A DNA stretch of 64,000 nt from an uncultured Desulfosarcina sp. (GTDB taxonomy: Bacteria; Desulfobacterota; Desulfobacteria; Desulfobacterales; Desulfosarcinaceae). Location: positions 416,001-480,000 of the forward strand of contig CAXXWQ010000002.1 in assembly GCA_963674945.2 (NCBI GenBank). Direction: 5' to 3'. The position numbers and the translations under genes are program-made. The notes beneath the pieces were generated by a model, which saw only the letters and a list, made by a program, of their open reading frames with translations, had not been told where the DNA came from and did not search any database. Below are positions 56,614 to 64,000 of this stretch, in pieces (position 1 is the first letter of the stretch; each line of letters opens with the position of its first letter).

Positions 56614-59600
56614 GGATCTTCGCCAGGATGGCCGGCAGCGTCAGACAGTGAACAAAGGGCCCATCGCCTGGATGGCCGGCAACGGCGTCGCCGCGAATCT
56701 GTTGATGCTTGTCTTTCTCGTAGGCGGCCTGATCTATGCCGGTGACATCAAGAAGGAGGTGTTTCCCGATTTCGAGCTGGATTTCGTTACCATCGTCGTC
56801 CCCTATCCCGGTGCCAGTCCCGAAGAGGTGGAAAGAGGCGTGATCCTGTCCATCGAGGAGGCGGTAAGCGGACTCGACGGCATCAAGGAGATTACTTCCA
56901 CCGCCAATGAGGGATCGGGGACCATCCTCGTGGAGATCATCGAAGGCGAAAATATCCAGCGGATCGCCCAGGACATCCAATCCGAGGTGGACCGTATCAC
57001 CTCCTTTCCCGAGGAGGCGGAAGAACCCCAGGTGACCATCGCCCAGCATAAGCGCAGCGTGGTTTCCCTGGCCCTTTACGGCGGCCAGGAGGATAAGGTG
57101 CTTCGGGAAACGGCGGAGCAGGTGAGAGACCTACTGCTTCAGTCACCAACCATTACCCAGGTGGATTTTTCCGGAACCCGGGATTTCGAAATCGACGTTT
57201 CGGTGCCCCAGGCCAACCTTCGCGCATACGGATTGACGTTGGAACAGATCGCCCAGACGATCCGAAGGGCTGCCGTGGAACTGCCCGGCGGCGCCATCAA
57301 GACAGAGGGCGGCGACGTGCTGGTACGAATGAAGGAGCGCCGCGACTATGGCCGCGAATTTGGCCAAATTCCCATCATCACCAGCAACACGGGCACTCAG
57401 ATCCTGCTCTCCGACATCGCCCACATCACCGACGGATTCGAGGATACCGACAATTTCGCCACCTACAACGGTTTTCCCGCCATCCTCATCGATGTCTACC
57501 GTGTGGGTGACCAGACTCCCATCGAAGTCTCCGAGGCCGTCCATGAAAAACTGGTGGAGATCAATGCGGACCTGCCGCCGGGGATCCATTTGGATGCACG
57601 AAACGACCGTTCGGACATCTACAAACAGCGAATGGATTTGATGCTGCGGAACGGATACCTGGGCCTTTTCCTGGTTTTCATCTTACTGGCAATTTTCCTC
57701 GAGCTGCGGCTCGCCATTTGGGTAAGTCTGGGTATTCCCATTTCCATCCTCGGATCCCTCTTTTTTCTTCCCATGGCAGGTGTCAGCATCAACATCATCT
57801 CCATGTTCGCCTTTATCGTCACCCTGGGTATCGTCGTGGATGATGCCATCGTGGCCGGTGAGAACATGTTTCACCACCACCAGAAGGGCAAATCGTGGTA
57901 CGTGGCCGCCGTGGACGGGGCGAGGGAAGTCGCAAAGCCGGTGACCTTTTCCGTGTTGACCAATATGGTGGCCTTTGCCCCCCTCTTTTTCGTGGCTGGT
58001 TTCATGGGAAAGGTCTTTCGGCAGGTTCCGGTCGTGGTCATCGGCGTCTTTGCCATTTCCCTGATCGAAAGCCTTTTTATCCTGCCGGCCCACATCGGCC
58101 ATCAACGAAAAAGCGCACCCACCAGTGGTTTCCTCGGATGGATATTCAATCTGCAGGGTCGGTTCAGTGCCGACTTCATCCGGTTTGTTCACACCCGATA
58201 CGGCCCTTTTCTACATTGGGTGCTGAAGAATCGATATGTTGCGGTAAGCATCAGCGTCGCCGTGTTGATCATCACCTTCGGCTACGTGAAGAGCGGCCGC
58301 ATGGGATTCGAGCTTTTTCCCAAGATAGAATCGGACTACGCAATGGTGACTGCGGTCTTGCCTTACGGCACCGCCGTTCAACGAACAAAGGCGGTCCAGC
58401 AGCGATTGGTCGATGCAGCCAAATCCGTGGCCGATGAAAACGGTGGTGACAAACTGGTGGAGGGAATTTTCGCCAGGATAGAGGCAAACGAGGTTACCAT
58501 ACGGTTCTACCTTACACCACCGGAAGTTCGGCCCATTTCCACTGCCGAAGTTACCCGCCTGTGGCGGGAGCGGGTTGGGTCCATTACAGGCCTGGAGTCC
58601 ATCAAATTCGAATCCGATGCAGGCGGCCCCGGGCGTGGCGCCGCGATCTCCGTGGAACTCAGTCACCGCGACGAGGCGATCCTGGCACGGGCCAGTGAGC
58701 AAGTGGCCCAGGCCCTCGGTTATTTTCCCAATGTCACGGATATCGACGATGGATATTCGCCCGGTAAGCGGCAAATCGATTTCAAGATGCGTCCCGAAGC
58801 CCGCAGTCTGGGCCTTCGCTCCCAGGATATCGCCCGCATTGTGCGAAACGCCTATTACGGCGCCGAAGCCTTACGGCAGCAACGGGGGCGAAACGAAGTG
58901 CGGGTGATGGTTCGGTTGCCCAAAGAGGAGCGAATGTCCGAAGAGCAACTGGAGGAAATGGTGTTGCTGACGCCCGCCGGTACGGAGATTCCACTGATGG
59001 AGGCGGTGACCGTCCAATACGGGCGGGCCTACACGACCATCAACCACAGGAACGGCCGGCGTGTGGTAACCGTCAGCGCCGACGTCCGGCCGAGAAGCAA
59101 GGCGGACCAAGTGATTGAGTCCCTTGTCCGGGAAACCCTTTCCGCACTTACAGAACAATATCCGGGACTGACCTATAGTTTCGAAGGCACGCAGGCGGAT
59201 CGCCGGGAGAGTTTCCAGAGCCTCATGCGGGGACTGATGTTCGCCCTGATCGTCATCTATGCCATGTTGGCCGTCCCCTTCAACAGTTTCGTCCAGCCGT
59301 TGATCATCATGCTGGTGATACCATTCGGCGTCGTCGGCGCGGTAATGGGCCATCTGATCATGGGATTCAGCCTGAGTCTCATGAGCCTTTTTGGCATAGT
59401 GGCACTCTCCGGCGTGGTGATCAACGATTCACTGGTGCTCATCGATTTCGCCAATCGCCAGCGGATAGACGGAGCCGGCAGCCAAGATGCCATTATCCTT
59501 TCCGGCATCAACCGTTTCCGCCCCATTATGTTGACCACCTTTACCACTTTCGGCGGCCTGGCACCCATGATTTTCGAAACCTCCCGCCAGGCACGGTTTC

Positions 59601-59743
59601 TCATCCCCATGGCCCTTTCCCTGGGATTCGGCATTTTGTTCGCTACCCTGATCACCCTCTTGCTGGTGCCATGTCTCTACCTGATCGTGGAGGATGGGAA
59701 AAATCTTTTTCGACTGGTATATGGAGCGCAGGCAAAGCAATGA
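56606..59743 (+). CDS. RND efflux permease (AcrB/AcrD/AcrF family)
   Basis: YPGASPEEVE, LGIVVDDAIV, GVVINDSLVL, RFRPIMLTT. Confidence 0.95.
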   Translation: MDKDLRQDGRQRQTVNKGPIAWMAGNGVAANLLMLVFLVGGLIYAGDIKKEVFPDFELDFVTIVVPYPGASPEEVERGVILSIEEAVSGLDGIKEITSTANEGSGTILVEIIEGENIQRIAQDIQSEVDRITSFPEEAEEPQVTIAQHKRSVVSLALYGGQEDKVLRETAEQVRDLLLQSPTITQVDFSGTRDFEIDVSVPQANLRAYGLTLEQIAQTIRRAAVELPGGAIKTEGGDVLVRMKERRDYGREFGQIPIITSNTGTQILLSDIAHITDGFEDTDNFATYNGFPAILIDVYRVGDQTPIEVSEAVHEKLVEINADLPPGIHLDARNDRSDIYKQRMDLMLRNGYLGLFLVFILLAIFLELRLAIWVSLGIPISILGSLFFLPMAGVSINIISMFAFIVTLGIVVDDAIVAGENMFHHHQKGKSWYVAAVDGAREVAKPVTFSVLTNMVAFAPLFFVAGFMGKVFRQVPVVVIGVFAISLIESLFILPAHIGHQRKSAPTSGFLGWIFNLQGRFSADFIRFVHTRYGPFLHWVLKNRYVAVSISVAVLIITFGYVKSGRMGFELFPKIESDYAMVTAVLPYGTAVQRTKAVQQRLVDAAKSVADENGGDKLVEGIFARIEANEVTIRFYLTPPEVRPISTAEVTRLWRERVGSITGLESIKFESDAGGPGRGAAISVELSHRDEAILARASEQVAQALGYFPNVTDIDDGYSPGKRQIDFKMRPEARSLGLRSQDIARIVRNAYYGAEALRQQRGRNEVRVMVRLPKEERMSEEQLEEMVLLTPAGTEIPLMEAVTVQYGRAYTTINHRNGRRVVTVSADVRPRSKADQVIESLVRETLSALTEQYPGLTYSFEGTQADRRESFQSLMRGLMFALIVIYAMLAVPFNSFVQPLIIMLVIPFGVVGAVMGHLIMGFSLSLMSLFGIVALSGVVINDSLVLIDFANRQRIDGAGSQDAIILSGINRFRPIMLTTFTTFGGLAPMIFETSRQARFLIPMALSLGFGILFATLITLLLVPCLYLIVEDGKNLFRLVYGAQAKQ

Positions 59744-60390
59744 CAACCTGCCAACGCTGCGGAGCATGCTGTGAAAAAGGCGGCCCGGCACTTCACCAGG
59801 AGGATCGCTACCTGGTTGACGGCGGCCGGGTACCCGCCAGCGCCCTGTTCACCATCCGATGCGGGGAACTGGCCCGGGACAACGTCAAGGGGACCTTGTC
59901 CCCCGTCACCCACGAAATCATCAAAATCAAGGGAAAGCCGGGGCGTTGGACCTGTCTTTTTTTCGAGGACGCGACGAAAGGTTGTGGAATATACGCCGAC
60001 CGGCCACTGGAGTGCCGTGCGTTGAATTGCCGCGACACGCGACAGATCGAACGGGTATACCAACACACCCGGCTGACTCGCAAGGACCTGCTATCCGGCA
60101 TCGAGGGACTCTGGGACCTGATTGTCGATCATGAGACACGCTGCCGTTACAAAGAGATCAGGCGTCTGATGGATCAGGGCAAGGGGAAGGGCAGGCTGAA
60201 ACAGGAGGCGGCCATTTTGGAGATCCTTCGCTACGACCACCAGATTCGTGCGTTGACCGCGCAAAAGGGAGGCATGGAGCCGCAGATGCTGGATTTTATC
60301 TTCGGTCGCCCGCTTTCCCGGACGATCGGGATGTTTGACGTGGAACTTGTGAAGAGGAAGGGGAAATTTCGTCTCGTACCCCGTTTTTAG
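59740..60390 (+). CDS. YkgJ-family cysteine-cluster protein
   Basis: CQRCGACC...CLFF....C.IY..RPLECR...C. Confidence 0.88.
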   Translation: MTTCQRCGACCEKGGPALHQEDRYLVDGGRVPASALFTIRCGELARDNVKGTLSPVTHEIIKIKGKPGRWTCLFFEDATKGCGIYADRPLECRALNCRDTRQIERVYQHTRLTRKDLLSGIEGLWDLIVDHETRCRYKEIRRLMDQGKGKGRLKQEAAILEILRYDHQIRALTAQKGGMEPQMLDFIFGRPLSRTIGMFDVELVKRKGKFRLVPRF

Positions 60391-60450
60391 TGAGGTTCAG
60401 AAAACCTGATCCTATGGACCAAGTCAACGTTCATTGGCTTTGCCGTATGC

Positions 60451-60588
60451 TTGTTATAAGAATCCAGGAGTCAGAATTCAGAATCCAGAATAAGGTACTC
60501 GCCTTCGGCTCAATCCATCATATCAAATCGACGGAGCGAAGCGACATCACATTCATTCTGGCTCCTGAATTCTGGCTTCTGGCTCCTG
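60451..60588 (-). repeat. ~138-bp MITE-like element (copy 2, inverted)
   Basis: tcgacggagcgaagcgacatca is the reverse complement of the copy-1 core. Confidence 0.8.
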
Positions 60589-60667
60589 CGGTATCATGTG
60601 TTCGCAATGCATCTCCTTTATGGGGGAGCCCAAAGCCGAGCCCTCTGGCCCCGGATCGATAATTGGA

Positions 60668-61507
60668 TCACTCGTCCAATTCCATTAATCGCGGCTTCTT
60701 TCGATAGAGGACGGGACGCCGGTTGGGGAAGAAGTAGCGCATGCGGTGATTGCGGACATGATCGATTCGATCGGCCGTCAGATCTGCGATCAGCATGCCG
60801 GAATCACCGGACAGCCGGGAATCGATGATCTCCCCGGAGGGAGAGAAAACCACGGCATTTCCGGGAAAGGTCAGGCCGTTTTCGTTGTCGCCGCATTGGT
60901 TGCATGCGATGATGAACAGGCCGTTGTCAAAGGCCCGTGCGGGAAGGTGACGCATCCACGACTGATGTTTGTCTGCCGCCATCCCCCGGGGAGAGGCATG
61001 GGGGATGAAGATCATATCGGCTCCGGCTTTGGCCATGCGCGTCGTCAATTCGGGAAAGTGGGCATCGTAACACAATTGGATGCCGAACAGGATGCCCGCC
61101 CACTGAAATACCGGTACGTGGTTGCCGGGGCTGAATCGATCCCTCTCGGGGGGCGCCAGGTGCACCTTGCGATAGGAACCGGTGCGGCCGTTGGGCGTGA
61201 TCACCATGTGGGTGGCGAACAACCTGCCTTTCGCGTCTTTTTCCGCGAACCCAACCAGTAGTACCAGACCGAGATCATCGGCCAGGCGGATGAGCGCCCC
61301 CGTTTCCGGACCGTCCGCACGGATCGCCCGGTCTGTGATATCCGACCGGTTGCTGTAACCGGTGAGATTGAGCTCCGGGAAGCACACGATTGTCGCACCG
61401 GTTTCTTGTGCCTGTTTCGCCCAGTACCGGGTTCGCTCCAGATTCCGTTCCACCTGGCCTGAAGGGCATCGGCAGACTACCGCGGCGATGCGAACATCTT
61501 TCTTCAT
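60668..61507 (-). CDS. Nitrilase-family carbon-nitrogen hydrolase
   Basis: FPEL, YRKVHL, LCYD..FPE (E-K-C triad). Confidence 0.93.
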   Translation of the reverse strand: MKKDVRIAAVVCRCPSGQVERNLERTRYWAKQAQETGATIVCFPELNLTGYSNRSDITDRAIRADGPETGALIRLADDLGLVLLVGFAEKDAKGRLFATHMVITPNGRTGSYRKVHLAPPERDRFSPGNHVPVFQWAGILFGIQLCYDAHFPELTTRMAKAGADMIFIPHASPRGMAADKHQSWMRHLPARAFDNGLFIIACNQCGDNENGLTFPGNAVVFSPSGEIIDSRLSGDSGMLIADLTADRIDHVRNHRMRYFFPNRRPVLYRKKPRLMELDE

Positions 61508-61896
61508 AGGCCAATCAACCGGACATCCAGCTTACGGGTCCTGGGGCCGTCAAACTCACAGAAGAAGATGCCCTGCCAGGTGCCAAGCACCAGCTTGCCG
61601 TTTTCCACGGCAATCATCTCGGAACAGCCGATGATGGCGGTCTTCAGGTGGGCCGGTGAGTTCCCCTCCATGTGGCGGTAGTCCGCCTCCCACGGTACGA
61701 TCCGGTTGAGAACGGTAAGGATGTCCCGGCGAACGGCTGGGTCGGCACTTTCGTTTATGGTGACCGCGGCCGTGGTGTGGGGCACGAATACCATGCACAG
61801 GCCGTCTGACAAATTCCCTTCGGTGACCTGTTTCTGGACTATAGCTGTGACGTCGATCATTTCGGTTTGGGAATTGGTTTTTACCGTTAAGCGCAT
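61504..61896 (-). CDS. yjbQ: YjbQ / UPF0047 family protein
   Basis: PHTTAAVTINE, NSPAHLK, LGTWQGIFFCEFDGPR. Confidence 0.93.
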   Translation of the reverse strand: MRLTVKTNSQTEMIDVTAIVQKQVTEGNLSDGLCMVFVPHTTAAVTINESADPAVRRDILTVLNRIVPWEADYRHMEGNSPAHLKTAIIGCSEMIAVENGKLVLGTWQGIFFCEFDGPRTRKLDVRLIGL

Positions 61897-61925
61897 GAAA
61901 TTTCCAATCGGCACTACAAAAAAAC

Positions 61926-61960
61926 AAAAAACCCCGCTTGCAAACAAGCGGGGCTTTTTT
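61926..61960 (-). terminator. Intrinsic terminator after dsrC
   Basis: CCCCGCTTG/CAAGCGGGG stem flanked by A and T runs. Confidence 0.85.
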
Positions 61961-61982
61961 ATTATTCTGATGATTTGGCTGA

Positions 61983-62300
61983 TTAAACGCAGCCGGTGGG
62001 CTTGGGAAGACCCGCCATCTTACAAGCTCCCTTACCCGGTCCTGACGGGAACAGCTCGTAGATGTGTTTCAGTTTGAAGCCGGTAACCTTGGAGAGTACG
62101 CGAACCATGGGAGCGATCCCATTTTTTTCGTAGTACTCGCGAAGAACTGCGACGACTTTCTGATGCTCTTCGTTCAGTTCATCGATACCCTCTTCCTTTT
62201 TCACATACTGAACCCACTCCTGAGACCAGTTTGCGTAATCGTCGATAAAACCGTCTTCATCTACCGTAAAGGTTTTTCCACCAAATTCGACTGTCGGCAT
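61983..62300 (-). CDS. dsrC: DsrC sulfur-carrier protein
   Basis: VDEDGF, LFPSGPGKGACKMAGLPKPTGCV with both C-terminal cysteines (CX10C); RBS AGGAGG. Confidence 0.95.
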   Translation of the reverse strand: MPTVEFGGKTFTVDEDGFIDDYANWSQEWVQYVKKEEGIDELNEEHQKVVAVLREYYEKNGIAPMVRVLSKVTGFKLKHIYELFPSGPGKGACKMAGLPKPTGCV

Positions 62301-62466
62301 TGTACTCATTCCTCCTTTACAAATTTGTTAGTATTTCCGGCGCACTGCCGTTTAAGTTCTGTTATGGAAAAGTTTTCTAGTAGCGAATTCATGAATCCAT
62401 GTCAATACGAAATCGGAAACCAATGAAATAAAAAAGGATCAAATCGTTATTTTTCGATTCGATCGA

Positions 62467-63312
62467 TCAATATTCCCGAGGTGTCCCATTGAGCTGATTC
62501 AGGGTGAATACCGGTCCGTCCTTGCACACCAGTTCCTTGCCGATGCCGCATCGGCCGCACATGCCGAAGCCACACTTCATGCGATTTTCCAGGCTCATGA
62601 TAATGTGATCGTGGTCGTACCCCAATTTTTCCAGCACCGGCTGGGTGAATTTGATCATGATGGGCGGGCCGCACACGATGGCATAGGTATCGTCACCGCC
62701 CTGGGGGGCTTTTTGTTCGGTAATGGGGGGAACGAAGCCCACGTTGTACTTCCAGTTCGGATCATCGGTGCCATCCACGGTGATGTGCATGTTGATGTCG
62801 TCCCGCTTTTCCCATTCCACCAGTTCGTTCTTGTAGAGCAGCATGTTGGGATTTCGAGCGCCGTATACCACGTCGATCTGGCCGAATTTGGATCGATTGG
62901 CCGGATCGAGCATATAGACGATGGAAGAGCGAAGGGTGGTAAAGGCGAATCCACCACCCACGATAAGGATGTTCTTTCCCTCCAGCAGATCCCAGGGATA
63001 GCTATTGCCAAGCGGTCCCCGAATTCCCATGATGTCTCCGACCCTCATTTTGTGCAGGTAGGTGGTGACGACGCCGGCGCGATTGACGGTGAACTTGATG
63101 AACCCCTTTTCAACGGGAGAGGAGGCGATGCCGATGGGAATCTCCCCCGTGCCGGCAATGGAAAGCTCGGCAAACTGGCCCGCCTTATATGAAAATTTTT
63201 CTTCGTCGCCCTCGTTGAGGAAGACGAATTTGAATGTCTTGAGACTCTTGTCTTCGGCCTCGACGGTGATATCGTCGATGCGGACCGGATAGGGTAAATA
63301 CGGATTTTCCAC
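62467..63312 (-). CDS. FAD/NAD(P)-binding oxidoreductase subunit (FlxA-like)
   Basis: GQF, RGPLGN, GGG, CGPPIM, MKCGFGMCGRC..VCKDGPVF. Confidence 0.85.
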   Translation of the reverse strand: MENPYLPYPVRIDDITVEAEDKSLKTFKFVFLNEGDEEKFSYKAGQFAELSIAGTGEIPIGIASSPVEKGFIKFTVNRAGVVTTYLHKMRVGDIMGIRGPLGNSYPWDLLEGKNILIVGGGFAFTTLRSSIVYMLDPANRSKFGQIDVVYGARNPNMLLYKNELVEWEKRDDINMHITVDGTDDPNWKYNVGFVPPITEQKAPQGGDDTYAIVCGPPIMIKFTQPVLEKLGYDHDHIIMSLENRMKCGFGMCGRCGIGKELVCKDGPVFTLNQLNGTPREY

Positions 63313-63327
63313 GTGTCCCTCCCTCTA

Positions 63328-64000
63328 TCAACCCTGCGCGGCGCAGGCATCTGCGGGTTTGAAGCTGTTCATCCGTTCGCATACGCGGCGAATGTCGATG
63401 TTCACCGGACATTGGCGAACGCACCGGCCGCAGCCTACACACATGATGCCCGTTTCGTATTTGTCCACGAAATATTTCAATTTGTGCATGAATCGCTGGC
63501 GGACGCGTTGGGACTTGGTTCCCCGGGGGTTGTGCCCGGTGGTGTGGACGGTGAAGATGGGGAACATGCAGCTGTCCCAGTTTTTCATGCGTACGCCGGA
63601 TTTTCCGTACACCTCGTCCTGAATATCGAAACACCAGCAGGTAGGGCAGGTGAAGGTGCAGGTGCCGCAGTTCAGGCACCCAAAGGCGACATCGTCCCAA
63701 AAAGAGGCGCCATGAAGTTCCAAAAGGTCGGTGTCGGCCAGGTTGTCCGTCTCGACGGTCGAAACGATTTTCCCTTCGGCGGCTTCTTTTCCGGCCATGA
63801 AGGCATCGGCCGATTCGGGACTGCTCCGGTTCCAGCCGGCGACGTCGGCAAATGCCTTTCCCTTTTCGGTCAGGATTTTTGCCAGAAAGGAATCGTCTTT
63901 TTGCATCACCAGAATGTCCAGGCCGTCGGCATTGTAAGGGCCGCATCCGGCACTGGTGCAAAAGCAGGTGGACAGCGGCGTGTCACAGGCCATCCCGATG
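63328..64000 (-). CDS. 4Fe-4S dicluster protein (FlxB/AsrA-like), 5'-partial
   Basis: CLNCGTCTFTCPTCWC, WDSC, CVGCGRCVRQCP; frame open to window edge. Confidence 0.85.
   Translation of the reverse strand, partial: IGMACDTPLSTCFCTSAGCGPYNADGLDILVMQKDDSFLAKILTEKGKAFADVAGWNRSSPESADAFMAGKEAAEGKIVSTVETDNLADTDLLELHGASFWDDVAFGCLNCGTCTFTCPTCWCFDIQDEVYGKSGVRMKNWDSCMFPIFTVHTTGHNPRGTKSQRVRQRFMHKLKYFVDKYETGIMCVGCGRCVRQCPVNIDIRRVCERMNSFKPADACAAQG

Noticed and set aside
1..64000. tRNA, rRNA, riboswitch or prophage genes
   Set aside because: None recognised by eye; a covariance-model scan would be needed to exclude small RNAs.

Overview
The window is probably from a sulfate-reducing deltaproteobacterium (Desulfobacterales-like, inferred from dsrC next to flx-type genes). 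1-6.3 kb is the AT-rich end of an exopolysaccharide cluster (CapK/PaaK-like ligase, a secreted protein bracketed by IS stubs, a deacetylase and a GT4 glycosyltransferase). 6.3-28 kb is the striking part: a dense array of about 18 toxin-antitoxin (TA) modules plus a Fic gene, many with their own promoter and operator. The families are VapBC/PIN, RelE/YoeB, MazF, HEPN-MNT, DUF6516 and UPF0175-PIN. Several modules are duplicated, and several have lost the toxin but kept the antitoxin. No integrase or attC site is visible. Instead, most modules are separated by 150-600 bp spacers built from a small shared set of degenerate 7-9-mer tandem repeats, mostly purine-rich and nearly always in the same (+) orientation. 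The same spacers continue between the PEP-CTERM/EPS-associated genes at 29-43 kb. One repeat type flanks, in inverted orientation, a truncated four-helix-bundle (TIGR02436-like) gene, and another has expanded into a pure (GCTATCA)30 tract. An intact IS66 and an intact IS1595-family element both sit inside spacers. 29-43 kb also encodes a TPR lipoprotein, a VanZ protein, a beta-barrel, a PEP-CTERM protein and three GCF[IV]-motif proteins, one of which looks like a polyprotein. 43-51 kb encodes a signal-peptide-bearing RHS protein with an 11-repeat insertion in its core. 52-64 kb is ordinary core genome (pirin, khpA, RND efflux, YkgJ, nitrilase, YjbQ, dsrC, flxA/flxB-like). All family assignments come from reading motifs by eye; no database searches were run.
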